Numbered from the stretch's first letter, positions 37,522-50,429 are shown. The stretch: DNA of 64,000 nt from Lingula anatina (GCA_051362555.1 CM120641.1:22692001-22756000); one strand, 5' to 3'. Notes: generated by a model from the sequence alone, not told the origin. A program made the numbers and translations.

Positions 37522-40148
37522 ACAATAGAAGTGTCACCCCCTGTATCAGAGTAATCAAAGTTATTAATCTGAAGAGGTGGACTATAAGGAATGTCAAAAT
37601 ATCGATACAGTTGAATTGTCCAGTCAGAACCGTTTCTTTTGTGAAATTTGATGTTAATAAAATGATACCAGGAGCATATCATTCCACAGTCATTTATCTC
37701 CCCCATAGTATTGGTTCAGTAGGGGTGACACTTCTATTGTCCAGTGTGTGTGTGTGTGTATAGGAAAAATTGTGGGTTTTTTCGCTCAAAATTATGGTTA
37801 GGTATCAATGAAAAAAGGAGAGAAATGTGTCTTGTGCATACAAAATATGTATCATGACAACTAATATAACAACAAAACTAATTTAAGAACAAAAATTTGC
37901 TGAATGTGCTTACTACACACTGTTCTCTTTCCACACTAGTTTTACTGATAGGTGGCTTGTGTACACAATGTACAAGAGTGATCTTTAGATCTTTATTTTA
38001 AATTTGCTCACTAATTACATTATATCTACACATTATGAAATTTGTGCACCCAAAACTTAAGCGCAGGCTAAATGAAATTCCATTGCTCCCAAGAGTAGGA
38101 AAATTTTTGAATTAAAATTATTGTGATAAAAGTTTAAGTAATATTTGCATACTTATGTTTCAGACTGGGCTCCTGGGATGGAGGTTCCTACACTGGTATA
38201 TATCATGTATATGGTCCAGCTGAGTTTCTACCTCCACTCTGTATATGGCACTTTGTTCATGGACCATAAGAGGAAGGACACACTTGTCATGTTGTTCCAT
38301 CATTTCCTGACCATGTCTCTCATTGGGTTCTCTTATGCTTGCAGGTACAGAAAATATGTTAAAAGCCTAATTTTTGTAAAGAAATATGTTTCTAGTGCTC
38401 TAGCATGTTCTTTTTTCAGAAACCAGATTTTAATTAAGAGAAAAATGCTCACATTGCTTTAGCTCCGTACAACAGCAAACTTTTAAATCAAATCAGTTTT
38501 AATGAACAAAGAAATTACTTCAGATAACATTACCAGTCATGCAGTTTGACTTTGAGATTAAGATTATTTTAGTTTTGTCAAACATTAAATTGTAGACATA
38601 GTGAGGGCTTCAGTGTTGAGTTATATTTAGGAAATCATACTTTTGCACACTGTTCTTCTTGACTAAGAGAATATGATTTTAATGTTTCAGATATCATAAG
38701 ATAGGAACATTGGTTTTGTTTACACATGACATCACAGATATTGCACTGGAGGTCACCAAGTGCAATGTCTACATGAAGAATCGTGGAGGAAAGTACTACG
38801 CCTTACACGAGTACATCTCACAAGCAGGGTTCACTTGTTTTGCTGTTGGGTGGTAGGTTCTTTTCTTGGCTTTCAAGAAATAAATTTAGCAAGACAGCTA
38901 TTCCCAGCATGTTTTTTTTGGCAGTATGGTATTTATTCTTTTTTTAGTATTTTTAGTCATCTGACAAAACAATTTCATTGAAACACCAACATTTTTACCT
39001 TACTGGGACAAACATAAGCCCCTTTTGGAGGTTTTGGCAAAGATGTCATTCTTGACCTTCCGAATTTAATAACTCAAGAAAGAGTCGAGCTTAAGAATCC
39101 CTGTATTTGATCACCATGAAGTTTGTTGTGGCTGACATGAATTCATCCTGTTGATCAGGCCATTGCTATGGAAACCTTGCTGGCAACATGTTGATGTTCT
39201 CTTTTGGCAAAGATGTATATGTTTCTGCATGCATACATGTGTTTTGGGAGAGGGGGGCATTGTTTTAGAGTGTTTTAACTCCAAAGTCTCCTCTCTATTC
39301 CAGGGCACTGTTCCGCCTTTATTGGTACCCATTGAAGTGTCTGTACTCAGCAGGCTATGCCTCAGTTATGTACAACCCATCAATGAAACTTCCATTCCAT
39401 TTCTTTTTCAACTCCATGCTTTGGATTCTTATGGTATTAAATATATATTGGTTTATGGTAAGTACCACTGTATGGTGTGTAATAGATCTTCTGACTGGTG
39501 TGTATAATATTGTAACAGTTGCGTTTATTACTAATTTGCCAGTTTCTTAGTGAAAGTGCCCCTTGTTTTACACCTGATTCATTAATATTTCGTGCTGCAT
39601 ATCCGTTCCCAAAAGTCTATCAATCTCTCTATCTGTCTTTTTCTATTTCTCTCTCTCTCTCTCTCACACACACAAAATCCGAGTATATATGTAACTATTT
39701 TGTCTTTCAGTTCATAGTAAATTTCCTGTATAAAGTGGCCACAGGTCAGATGAATGAGGTGGACGACGTCAGGGAGGAAGAAGTGGAAGAGCAAGTGATG
39801 CAGAAGATGAAGTCAAAACAGAACAATGTCAAAGCGTAAGTTTGAATGACAAGTTTTCAGTTTATTTCACCACAAGTTTGTTTTAAGCAAGATTTGACAG
39901 TTATGCCTTGGGAAATTTCACCTGCTCCTTGAGGTTAAAAATACAACATTGCGTTTCACCATGGAATGATCTTTTATTATCAAATTACTATTATGCAGTT
40001 AAGATTTTGAGCACAGTAATACCAATGAAGTATTCTTTGATAAAATTGAAAAAAAGAAATTAATCATTTCAGTGGAGGAGACTTCAAGAATAATGACCTG
40101 TCACCTCGCAGACGATCTGCTCGCACTCAGGGTAGAAAAGACGATTGA
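25528..40148 (+). CDS. CERS1: Ceramide synthase 1-like (LASS1/Lag1 family, TLC domain, no Hox-like domain); isoform using exon 1A, ~368 aa
   Basis: Exons 25528-25773 (1A), 36591-36753, 38164-38344, 38691-38852, 39304-39457, 39711-39835, 40073-40148 (TGA), phases consistent. Motifs: KFPESAWKALFY, DWAPGMEVP, Lag1p motif RKDTLVMLFHHFLTMSLIGFSYACRYHKIGTLVLFTHDITDIALEVTK, FRLYWYPLK, FFFNSMLWILMVLNIYWF, KVATGQMNEVDDVRE, all matching the CERS1 subfamily as I recall it. Confidence 0.93.
26391..26603. mobile_element. Palindromic MITE family copy (related to 36857-37112 and 43915-44088)
   Basis: Shares gatcgacc(t/c)aactccctgggggttca(t/c)gct and gactcccc...gataga with the 43.9-kb copy; self-complementary arms. 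Confidence 0.6.
26687..26903. mobile_element. Degenerate MITE
   Basis: Imperfect TIRs cccattacactgg...gcgtcc / ggatgc...ccagtgtaaaggg. Confidence 0.45.
27668..27987 (+). mobile_element. PIF/Harbinger-like non-autonomous element, 320 bp
   Basis: ~34-bp TIR GGCCACACTTTTTTATTTTTATGGATGACATCCT and its complement at the right end; 3-bp TSD TTA (27665-27667 and 27988-27990). Confidence 0.85.
28948..30024 (+). mobile_element. PIF/Harbinger-like element, 1077 bp, same TIR family, with an internal ORF remnant (29223-29528)
   Basis: Same ~34-bp TIRs, TSD TAA (28945-28947 and 30025-30027), same left subterminal segment gcaccgattttcgtccgttctcc(A)n as the 320-bp copy but a different interior. Confidence 0.85.
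33917..34156 (+). CDS. CERS1: Alternative first coding exon (1B) of the ceramide synthase; gives a ~366 aa isoform
   Basis: ATG at 33917 (ATAATGG), 80 codons MEEDQYSYMPSYWEII...LAVMWTMIRYLLTWTVLT, phase-0 donor ACG|gtaggt compatible with exon 2 (36591). Contains the CERS1-like MPSY and WT..R motifs and is homologous to exon 1A. Confidence 0.85.
34928..35129. mobile_element. ~200-bp MITE with internal 30-bp tandem repeats
   Basis: Perfect 16-bp TIR GAGGGTAGGGAATACC / GGTATTCCCTACCCTC; gtgattggtgatt repeated three times at 30-bp spacing (~35035-35107). Confidence 0.75.
36857..37112. mobile_element. Palindromic MITE family copy
   Basis: Arms cataaaccca...aactctgtggggattcttgctaaattgctttaagtgtaa pair with ttacactgaaagcactttagcaggaaccccacagagtt...tgggtttatg. 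Confidence 0.65.
37438..37518. repeat. Compound (TA)n(CA)n microsatellite
   Basis: Direct reading. Confidence 0.92.
37516..37746. mobile_element. 231-bp Tc1/mariner-like MITE
   Basis: 25-bp TIR CACT(T/G)GACAATAGAAGTGTCACCCC (37516-37540 and 37722-37746, one mismatch), flanked by TA(CA)n and (TG)nTA. Confidence 0.8.
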
Positions 40149-42865
40149 TGCTCTGCAGCTGTTACAGTAGTCATTTCCAAAAATGTTTACAAAAGGATGC
40201 TCAAGGTCTGGTTACAAAAAAAGGAGGCAAACAGTGGTTTGAATTGTGACACAGTGGGACAAAGTGGAGCATTTGTCCACTTCTGTGTAGCAGTGATGCA
40301 TAGATGCCACATTTCATTGAAATAAGAGATTTTTTGAAGAGGGATTACTTAAGGAGTATGAGGAATGGAAAGAAAGAAATGATCAGTATGTTGCACACAA
40401 TTTTTCATCCAAGATTGCATTTATTCAGGGTAGTTTTTAAAGAAATCTGTATGACAGATTAAATTCAGTTTTACAGCAGTTAAGTTTTTTCCATGATGTA
40501 ATCATTTTGCGTTATATCAAAGCTTTCAATTGTAGGGCCATTCAACAGTATTATAATCAAGAAAACAATGAAAATGTTATTAAAGGGAAAAAACTTTTCT
40601 TGGTAGCTTAATAGCTCTACCCTTATCACTGCAGACTGATCATTCCTACTAGTGTGAAAAATGTTGCTTATGTTAATGTAAAATTGGAAAGCATTATCAT
40701 GTTTCATTTTTTATACCCACTAACATAACGGTTAGTTTAAATTTCAAGAGATTATTTTATTAAATGTTGATTATTGTCAAAACAAAGGATTTTACCATAC
40801 AGTTTTTTTAATTGGAGCAAGTTCCTTTGCTTGTGGGCTTATTATATTAACATCTGATACTAAGAAGTATGCTAGCTAACAGTCAGTTGTATACTGGTAG
40901 AGTTTTTCGAGAAGCCATGGATTTTGTTTTGTTTTGTGCACAGTTTGATCTGTTTAAAAATTATTCCGAGCACTATCTAAATGTGATACTAATAAATATA
41001 TAGTAGAGAGCTGGAAGCATCTTTAGTTTAAAATTAGTTTTTAAATGCTCATTTCCAAGTACAAAACCGTTTTCTATCACTGCTCCTTATTGGTCTTAGT
41101 ATGTTTTTGTAGTATTGAAATGCATTTACAAATGGCTGGTGGTACATGCCATTGGAGAGGACTACACCTGTCCAAAATCTAGTTTTATTGGGATCCGTCA
41201 TTCTTTTGTGAACACATGATCTACTTAATATAATATATTGTACATTTTTATGATGGGTGTTACACAGTGAACAATTATCAGGAATCTTTTGTTTGTGTGT
41301 CAAATTAATCTATTTAATCAAGGAGCATATCTTTTTATATGAGATTATTTGGGAGTTAATGGTTTTGTATATGCATATTAAAACAGATTGCCTATTAATA
41401 GATATTATCTTAAAAACTTCCACTGAAGTTACCAAAGCATGATTATACTTAATGGGTGATGCTTTAAATTTGGCTTGTGAAAATGAAATTATTTAATCAT
41501 TTTTTAAAAGGTGTTTTATGTACTTTGTCAGATTTGTAAGTCTTTTGTCATGCAAATTATGCTTTAGGGAGGGCTGATTCAGACAACTACAGTAGGGTAT
41601 CAATCTGCTTTTGAAACATCACGATCATCTAGTCTGATAAACCTGGTGAAGCAAGCAGATTTTTAATATGATGTAATCGATGAATATTATGGTTGTTCAG
41701 AATTTGCTAGCCCTTAGGTCATAGGAAATGATTGCCACAGTGTGTTGGAAAGGGGATTTTCAGAAAAATAATCGAAATGCATTTTGTCGGAATGTCTCTC
41801 ATGCCTGAAAGAGGTATAGTCACAGGCTATTTTGGCACATCTAAAACTTCTCCCTGGGCCTTTTCAGTTGGGAATTTTTCCCCCCATATGTAACACGCCC
41901 AGTGGAAACTATTACAAAATTTCATTTAATCTATAGGAACATAATGAGTTGAATTCATTGAATTCAGAGGTACAGGTTCTGTGAAGGATGGCAGTAATGC
42001 TTTTTTATTGAAATTTACAGGCGATTATTTTTTTTACAATATACAGGCCAGAAACTTTCCTTAAATTGCTTATTTGTGTATGTTTGTGTGTGTGCACAAT
42101 AGTGTAGAAATGTAGGGAAGTTAGTAATGCTGCTAGATGGAACAGGTTGATACTTGCATTTCTGTTGTCAATTAGGATTTATAGAAAATAAGACTTGCAT
42201 ATTAAATGTTGTAAGGGGATGTTTTTTTTTTTTTTTTTTTTTTTCGGTTCTAAAGAGAGACAAGCCTGAACAAATTGTAGAACAAGTTGAGTTTTGTATG
42301 TGCTATTGTACTACATATGCGTAAAAAATCTTAAAACAAACTGGGGAATGATTGCATTTCAGTATGTGTTTCTGACAAGGTCATCATTTTCAGTTGAACG
42401 TGAAAGGCCTTCAGACCCGTACTTTTGTATGACCCAGACATTGTAGACACTTTTACAATTTTTTTTAACGGTTTATCTACAACTTGCAGCATGGATCCAG
42501 TCCCGTTATTCTATAGTGTACTCATTGTGTTAACTTCATTACATCATTTAAGTGTAAACATATTACATTTGAAGTTTAGCTTGTTAAAAACTGTGATTGT
42601 ATTCTAATTATGTGAAATTATGGTGTGAAATAATTGTTGTGAATTGGTAGTTTTCTATTATATGTGTCACTTTTCATCTTTTGTATGATTTAGGTCAAAC
42701 AAACACTATATAGGGTAATTTTTTGTTTATGGCAGAACATAAAATTGTTCAACATCTCAAAGTGTGTAATAAAATCGTGGCACTAAGATGAATTGTTTTT
42801 CCCTAAAAACAGCAAAATGTTATATAATGCTGATACAATAAAATAAAGTAAAAATTAAAACAGCG

Positions 42866-43013
42866 GACTAACAGATCCACAGATCAAATATGGCGACCCA
42901 CTAAAAAACTTGCTGCTTAATTCCTGATTGGACACTGAATAGATCCCATGCAGGAATTATGTAACGAGCATTCAAGTGGGTCGGCCATATTTGATTTATG
43001 GATCTGTAAGTCC
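42866..43013. mobile_element. Short MITE-like inverted repeat
   Basis: ggactaacagatccacagatcaaatatggcgacccact pairs with agtgggtcggccatatttgatttatggatctgtaagtcc. Confidence 0.65.
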
Positions 43014-43625
43014 TGAATGCCTGCTGACAGAAACAATCTTTTTTTTCAATATAACCCTATTATCATTATTATATAGTACTATTAGTAATGCCCCCTTTAA
43101 TTTCATCAGTATGTATAAATCTACATGTTTTTATAACTTCCGTATGGTTTGTTTGCTTATGACAGCTTAACAAATCAGAATCTAGGAATGAAGCCATAGA
43201 TTTAAACTGAATTTATGACAAATGTTAATGTCGCCAAGTACTTAAGAGGTACTGAAATTACGCCATATAGGTAATATACCATACGTGTTCAATGTTTTTC
43301 CACTTTCTGCTATGTCATTTGGTTGCAAAGCTGCAAAAGTATAAGTATCCAAGCATAACTTTTGTATCAAACATCAATTTGTATGTATAACAGCTGTGAT
43401 TCACTTAGTGATATTACCCCATGACCAGCTTGCATTTTACCCCCTTGATCTATTTTTCTCAAACCATGACTAGTCAAACCATGTTACGATTATAACATAT
43501 ATTACAAAAAACCTACAGCATTATCACTCTTGTGTCACAATCATCACAGAACAGTTTGGTGTGATGCAGGGTTCCCTTTGTCTAAAAAGCTCTCCTGTCC
43601 ATAGTATTCCCTTACGTCGCAGGTG

Positions 43626-46600
43626 TCAAACTACAATCCCACTTGGTGCTAAGAAGAGGCTACCCATCCGTGCAGCAATCCAGGCTGGCTCCACTGCCTC
43701 TCCATAGTAACCTACTATATGCAGTGTCCCCCGGCAGACGGCCACCAGCTCTCCCAGGTGGATATCGTTTACCATGTCACAGTACTCCAGATTCAGATAT
43801 CTCAGCTCTGAGGCATAGGATGTGGACCTGTGAGGCAGGAACAGATCTTCATATTCCTGGAAAAAAATGAGTCATTGAAGCTGAAGTGTGAAAATGGGGC
43901 ATTGATGGGTCTTAGACCCCATTTCCAGAGATTAGATCGATCTACTTTAGATCGACCCAACTCCCTGGGGGTTCACGCTAAATAGCTGTCAGCCGGGCGG
44001 ACACGAAAGTTAATTATCCCCTTACAGCTTGTAGTAGGCGGGACTCCCCGCGGGGATAGATTGATCTAAAAGCTCTGGGAATACAGCCTTAGGGTGAGAA
44101 AAGCGATAGCCAAAGCAGTTATATGTTAAGTGGCAAACATATATGTGCAGAACAAGATGCAGACATGGCAAGATATTGAAAATTCTGTATTGTCTCAATA
44201 AACTAGATATTACTTATAAGACAATTTGTTGGTCGAAAATACATTTTTATAGCATACCTCGTCGCTTGAATCTCCAGTGTTAGATTCTGGGTGATCCTGT
44301 AAAAACCTGCGTTCCTGTATCTTGAACCTCAGCACTGCTTGGCTTCTCCTCCATTTTGCCACATCTGAAACATGCAAAGAATGTTATTTTTAACCAAATT
44401 CATCTGTTTCCAATGTACTAATGGTTATAATTTGGCTCCGTGTCTACCATAAATCAATTATTTTGATAGTGACATGTTATTAAAAAACTTACCAGAAATC
44501 ATGGGTAAGTAAGGTTTGGAAGTAAGCATCTTATTGCCACCAAGACTCAAATGCCTCAGGAAAATACAGGACTGCAGCACAGTTGATACCCCATCATTTG
44601 TTACCCCTGTAAGGAAACAACACTAGCTAAAAGTTTTGAATTCAGAATCAACTAATAGTTTACTTCTAAGTCAACTAATAGTTAGTTTATTTCTAAGTCT
44701 TTGAGATTTAAAATTTCTTATAATAGCTTTTAGCATGTACCAGATCCTTTTGGGAATTTCTTACAGAAAAAAAGTAAAACAGACTTCAAGCAAATAAAAA
44801 AGAAATTAAAATACAGAAAAAGAAAACATTTTCCTATTAATTGCATCTCATTTTAACAAAGTTTAATGTGGCATACACAAATTCCAGCTGAGGTCCAGCT
44901 GTTCCAGCAAGTCCAGCCTGGTCACCCAGTGACAGCTAATGACAACATCCTCATTCATGGAGCCTATACCAGACAGGTTGAGGGAGGTCAGTAAGGGGCA
45001 GTTCTCTGAGAGCAATTTCAGGGTGTTAGCAGTGGCTGGACAGCGACGCAGAGTCAAGCTACGGAGCTGAGAGCAAGCTGTAGCTATTTCGTTCAGTCCG
45101 TCTTCAGTAATGTTCTCACACCATGACAGGTCCAAGTCTTCTAGCTGGTAGAGGCAATCAATGAAACATTGATCAACGTTACTGTTTTAATATACAATTA
45201 TCAATAATAATTTTGTTATAAGCTTTACAAATTTTGAAGACAATACGGGAAGTCGATTCCATATCAAGGCTATATTTTAAACAGGTTAAACAATACTTGG
45301 CATAGAAAAGAGTATGATCTTTCTTGTCTTAAAAAACATTTACACTATGCTATTCATTTCAATATAGTCAACTTGGCAACAATCACGTGTCAACATACTT
45401 TGTCCTTTCCATATCTGACAATATTCCTCAGTGCCACATCAGTGATGTCACTCTCTGCCAGAGAAAGCTTGCGTACGTTCCCAGAGCTTACCAGAGCAGT
45501 TATTGCTGGGTCTTGGATGAAGTTCACTCCTTTCAAATCAATGTTTTGTAGGTGCTGACAGGAAATACCCAGCTTTATTATACTGGATGTGTACAGATGC
45601 TCACATTCAACCTGAATACGTAAACATGAAACTTCAGTTGAGATTGCATGAAATGAGACTACACTGAGGATTGCCTTAGGTGAGACATGTTTTATCAAGC
45701 AACATTGTGAAATGCAAGGCTCGCATAATAAGGAATTATCTGTATTTTATTATTTGCTAATATGATATTTGCTTTGAACCCATCATTTATTCTTGGTTAA
45801 CCATATTAGAAAAAATATATAAACTCACCAAGGACACCGTTTTTAACTCCCTTTCACTTTCTATGACAGCTTCAAAAGAATGGTCTGTCAATTCCTTCCA
45901 AGCAATACTGAACATGTGAAGTCCTGGGTTTGCTTTGGCAAACGTCCGCAAACATGCAGTACCTAGACTAACACTGTGAAACTTCACATACATGATGTCC
46001 AAGTTAAGGATGCTGGGCTGGTAGGTCTGATGGGCTATTTGATTTAGATCTTGATGTAATGGTTTGCACTGCAGTATCTTTTGCTCTTGATGATTCAGAT
46101 CTTGTTTTCCACAGTTGACTGAGCCTTCTACAGACTCAACATATGGCAGAGTACTTTGTTGCATAGGCATGTTTGCATTGCTTTGGTTTTCAACACTTGC
46201 ATTTTGCTCTGTGACTATTTCACTGCTTAACTGTTTCACAGAACTTTGAATGACTTCAGTAATAAACATATCAACAAACATATCAATTCCTTCATCTTCA
46301 TTATTTTCCCTAGAACAATGTTGTATATTTTCATTCTCTAAAATTTCATGACTACTAGTCTTCTGAGCACCTGAGAGAAGATCACAGACTTTGGTTGTTT
46401 CGGGGCAAGAAGGTGAAAATGCATTTGAGGGTTCACTGACAGTTAAAACATGATTTCTTGCAGATATTTCACCAATGCATTCTGACACAGGGGTGGCAAC
46501 TAGACTTTCACAGGCTGGATTACAGGAGCTGGTCATTGCACATGCTTCTTCAACTCTTGCATTTTCAACCTCATTTTTCTCAGAATTCCTACACTGATTA

Positions 46601-49600
46601 AAGTGAGTTAGCTCCACAGTAACATCCTCAAGCTCTAGAGCTGCACCATTTGGCCCTTCATCCACACAGGCTGCAGGTCCAGATATCACAGCTTCAGGCT
46701 TTACAAAGACATGGGGTCCATCTGGATTTTCATCCAAAACAGTTTTGTCAGCACCAGCTGGAGAATATTTAACTTCTGTACTTGAACAGGATAAAGTATA
46801 TTTCTGAAATAAACCCTTAAATGCATTCTCTGGTGTGTTGGCTTTCACAGCACTGGCAACTTCTATCAAGGTTAATAACTGGTCAGAAATATCTTTCTTG
46901 ATAGATTTTTCATCACTACATATCGTTTCCAGTACATCTGTCAGTTGAACTGCTGTAGTCAGACTATATCCACTTAGAAACCACAAGGCTGTGCAATCAA
47001 ACTGGAAGAAAAGGTTAAAATATATTGGTTATAATTATCATTATTTTAAACCTCCAACTAAAACAAACTCATACCAACAACTAGAAAAGCACTCACAAAG
47101 TGCAGACTTCCACCAAGAAAACTCAGTTCTCATTTTTTAAAAATTCATCATTAATCAAATCATAGATATAGAGACAAGTTATGTATGTAGTAATACATAC
47201 AATATATAACTGAAAAACACCCTTAAAACCGAATTAAGCATATGCCGCCATGGTCACTTCTCTAGGTATGTATTTGATTGATGCAGTGGTATACATATGA
47301 AAAACACAGGTGAAGCTGTAATTATTTGTGCTGGTGATCCAACTGCAGTGGGCAGATGTAGTATAATGGGATATATTAAATCATCACATTGTCAGATGAT
47401 AATACCTATCACCACCAAAATCAAATCACTTTTAAAAAGGTAGCCCATTTGTGACCTATCCTGAACATTTCATCAAAATCCATTCATAACTTTTTAAGTT
47501 AGGTTGGTGAAAAACACAGACAAACAGAGGTGAAAAAAATCACCTCCTTGTGAAGGTAATAGCCACTATGTGCATGTTTAAGAGGAAACATGGCAGCTGA
47601 AGGCCACTATTTGTCACTTTAAAAAGTGTTTATGATAAAAAAGATAAATTTTATTGTGGTTATATCAGGATTTTTGAAAACTAATATAACTGGACTGCAG
47701 TTACTGTGTCAGTGTGTGATTGCGTTTAAAAAAGGACTTATTGGTCTAACTAGGTACCTTCCTATTTTTGCTACGAGGCAAGCCATGTTGTCCAAGATCA
47801 AATCAACAGATCCCATTATCAAGCTATGTTTTATCATGATGAAACAAAGCAAGCTACCTGGTATCTTACCGTGAAACAAGCCATGTGAACATCCCTGAGA
47901 GATGGACCACACAATGAAGTCAGGTAACAGAGGGCAGCACTTGTTAGGCCAATACAGCCTGAGATATTTACACTGGAGAGTTGATGTAAGAATTTGGTTT
48001 CTGGTTCCTGGAGAAGCAATCAATTTCAAATAAAAATAATAGTAAGTTTGGTTTACAAATACAGATCTTAAGACACATTCTCTTCCATTACCTATAAATG
48101 AATAAGCTACAGTGTATATTAGTCATTGCTATTACATGTATATCAAGACATTTATCAAAACTATTCATTGTCATGGGAACAGTGTCAGTAGAAAAAAGAA
48201 ATATTTTTCTGCCATGGCTTTTTGGAAGTGTGAACATAATTATCATGACGCAAACAGGTGTTATTATTTATTTCTGATAAAAACAACAAGAGCCTGAGCC
48301 GTGAGCCACGGTGTCCTCATAATATTATATAGTGTCACAGTGGCTTACTCGTAAGGCCATGGAAGCAAGGAGCTGTGTCTCTGGATCCAAGAGGAAGACA
48401 TCATCTGTGATTCCTCCATTGCCAGACAGGTCTAGGTGTAACAGCTGAGGGTGGTGTCTGAGTATGGCCTGCAAGCCAAAGGATGCAACATTTCATTTCT
48501 GAGAAGCGAACATTTACTGTTTTCAACCACCAGAAACTGATGATGCAGCTTTTACCTTCAAATGTCTTGTAAACATTTTTATTATCTGAACTTGGGTGTT
48601 GAAATTGTGGTTCTACACTTTAGGATCAAGTATAGGCATCTGTTTTAAAACTGCATTAGTCAATTTACTTACATGGACCACTGCATCATTCACCAGCTCA
48701 CAATTCCTCAAGGACAATGACATCAGATTTTGAGTTATTTTTCCCAAATCTTCAAAGACCTTTGGCTGACTCAATTTGTCATTTTCAGATAAATCCAAGG
48801 ACTGCAGATGACTGCATCTAAAAGTTCAATGTGACAGAGTTCTAACCAGCTTCAAGAGTTCATTAAAATTTATATCAACGAATAAAGTGGTTAATTACCA
48901 TTATAGCAATTACATGTGTTTTTTTTTTCGCTAAGTTTCACTTTTTGCTTCAAACGAGATAAAACTCTACAATTATATGGACAGGTGGCACTTGTCTTAA
49001 CCTGTTGTATAATAACAGTTATATTTTTCAATTGACCCAACAGTCAAGAACCTACTTGTGAAGCACCCTGTGTATCCCCGCTGCAGATATCCCAGAGCAT
49101 TTCTCCAGAGACAACTGCCGTAGGTGTGGAGGCGACAAGGCAACCAGTAACTCATTGGTCAGCTTTTCAGGGTAATCCTTAATCAATGTCTGGAGAAGGC
49201 CCTACATTAATACAATTTTACAACATGAAATTTCATGAAATGGACAAATTAATTGTACCACACAGCATATTGAACACGAGATGAACTGTTCATTGCCCAC
49301 AGAATATATTTTTTAACAACTTACATATGTAACATTATAAATGTTGCATGTAGTAAAAGGACAGCAGAGTTGCCAACTCTACACATTTACACCTATTCTA
49401 AATATTTTTTTTATATGTTGACATACACAGGTGCTGTATCATTCTATTATTAATGAGGCATTATTGATCAGTGCATTTTGAGTATTGTCATGCTAGCAAA
49501 CCTGGGACAGAAAAAAAGAATGCTTTTCAAAGGAAAAGAACCATACTTACCTGAGATACTGCAGTATAGTTCTCTGTATTGAGACATGCCACTAAGTATT

Positions 49601-49694
49601 TTGAAATGTCCTGTGTGGACTCATCACTGATGTTCAAGAGAGAATAGAGCACTATCCTCTCTGATATCATATGAAGTGGGTACACCCGAGACAT
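43626..49694 (-). CDS. Uncharacterised leucine-rich repeat protein (cysteine-containing, FBXL/AMN1-like LRRs), 11 exons, ~932 aa
   Basis: Exons 49694-49551, 49201-49056, 48817-48673, 48468-48349, 48007-47870, 47001-45829, 45611-45399, 45144-44877, 44606-44493, 44364-44258, 43856-43626 (TGA), GT-AG and phases consistent (2799 nt). Repeats such as LRQLSLEKCSGIS, LMSLSLRNCELVND, LEDLDLSWCENITEDGL, LRYLNLEYCDMVND. Start GCCATG is preceded by an in-frame stop. Confidence 0.85.
43915..44088. mobile_element. Palindromic MITE family copy
   Basis: ttccagagattagatcgatcta pairs with tagattgatctaaaagctctgggaa; homologous to 26391-26603. Confidence 0.6.
47079..47540 (+). mobile_element. Helentron-associated (HINE-like) non-autonomous element
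   Basis: Ends aactagaaaagcactcacaaagtgcagacttccaccaag and ...cagacaaacagaggtgaaaaaaatcacctccttgtgaaggtaat, with a terminal hairpin and a short acag-type repeat. These resemble a widespread animal element family as I recall it. Confidence 0.6.
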
Positions 49695-50429
49695 GGCTCA
49701 CACAATATACTGCATTTCATCTTCCATTAGGTGACCATATTCTTCAATGCATAAAGGGGTAAAGGGAAAAAGGAAATATTACCAATGCACGTACTCAAGC
49801 CTGCTGCAGTTTCTTTATAAGTACCCCCACAACCACCACCACTAACTCACATAAAAACACACACAAGATACAGTGCCGTAAAAATGTTAATTAACTTTTA
49901 AAATGGACAAAATAATACGACAACTGCAAATCAAAACCGCCCAACCAAAACAAAGTTCTACACTTATTTATCAAGCATTTTGTACTTGTTGCTGTGGTGC
50001 TAATGCCATGTTTGGGAATAGCTTATTGTCCACAGTAAAAGTTTTTTTTTTTTACTTTAAAAACGCATTACATTTAAGGCACCGTGCCCGCCCAGACATT
50101 TATCTTATTTCTCTTCGTTCCCTAGCTTTCAAACTGAGAGAGAAGGAGGGACCCGGAGAGGGAGTATTTGCGGGCATGAGTTATTGAGTACTGCTACTCT
50201 GAAACAGTCATCAGGCTGTAGATAAAGTATAGAGTCCTCTAAATTCTCGAAATATTTTTCTTGGTCTCACTATACCTGTGCTGTCTCTATGTGTCTCCAA
50301 GTCAGAAAGTTTCTAAACCTGCTGCAGAACCATCGATGCTGTCTTCTACCTCACGATCTGCTATTTAGACTCAGGCTCGTTTCTCTTAAAAACGATAGTG
50401 TACAATCTAAAACGAGGTCTTAGAATGGA

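Noticed and set aside
37318-37763. ORFs of 66-142 aa with YI/TH/CV runs
   Set aside because: They are translations of microsatellites and a MITE.
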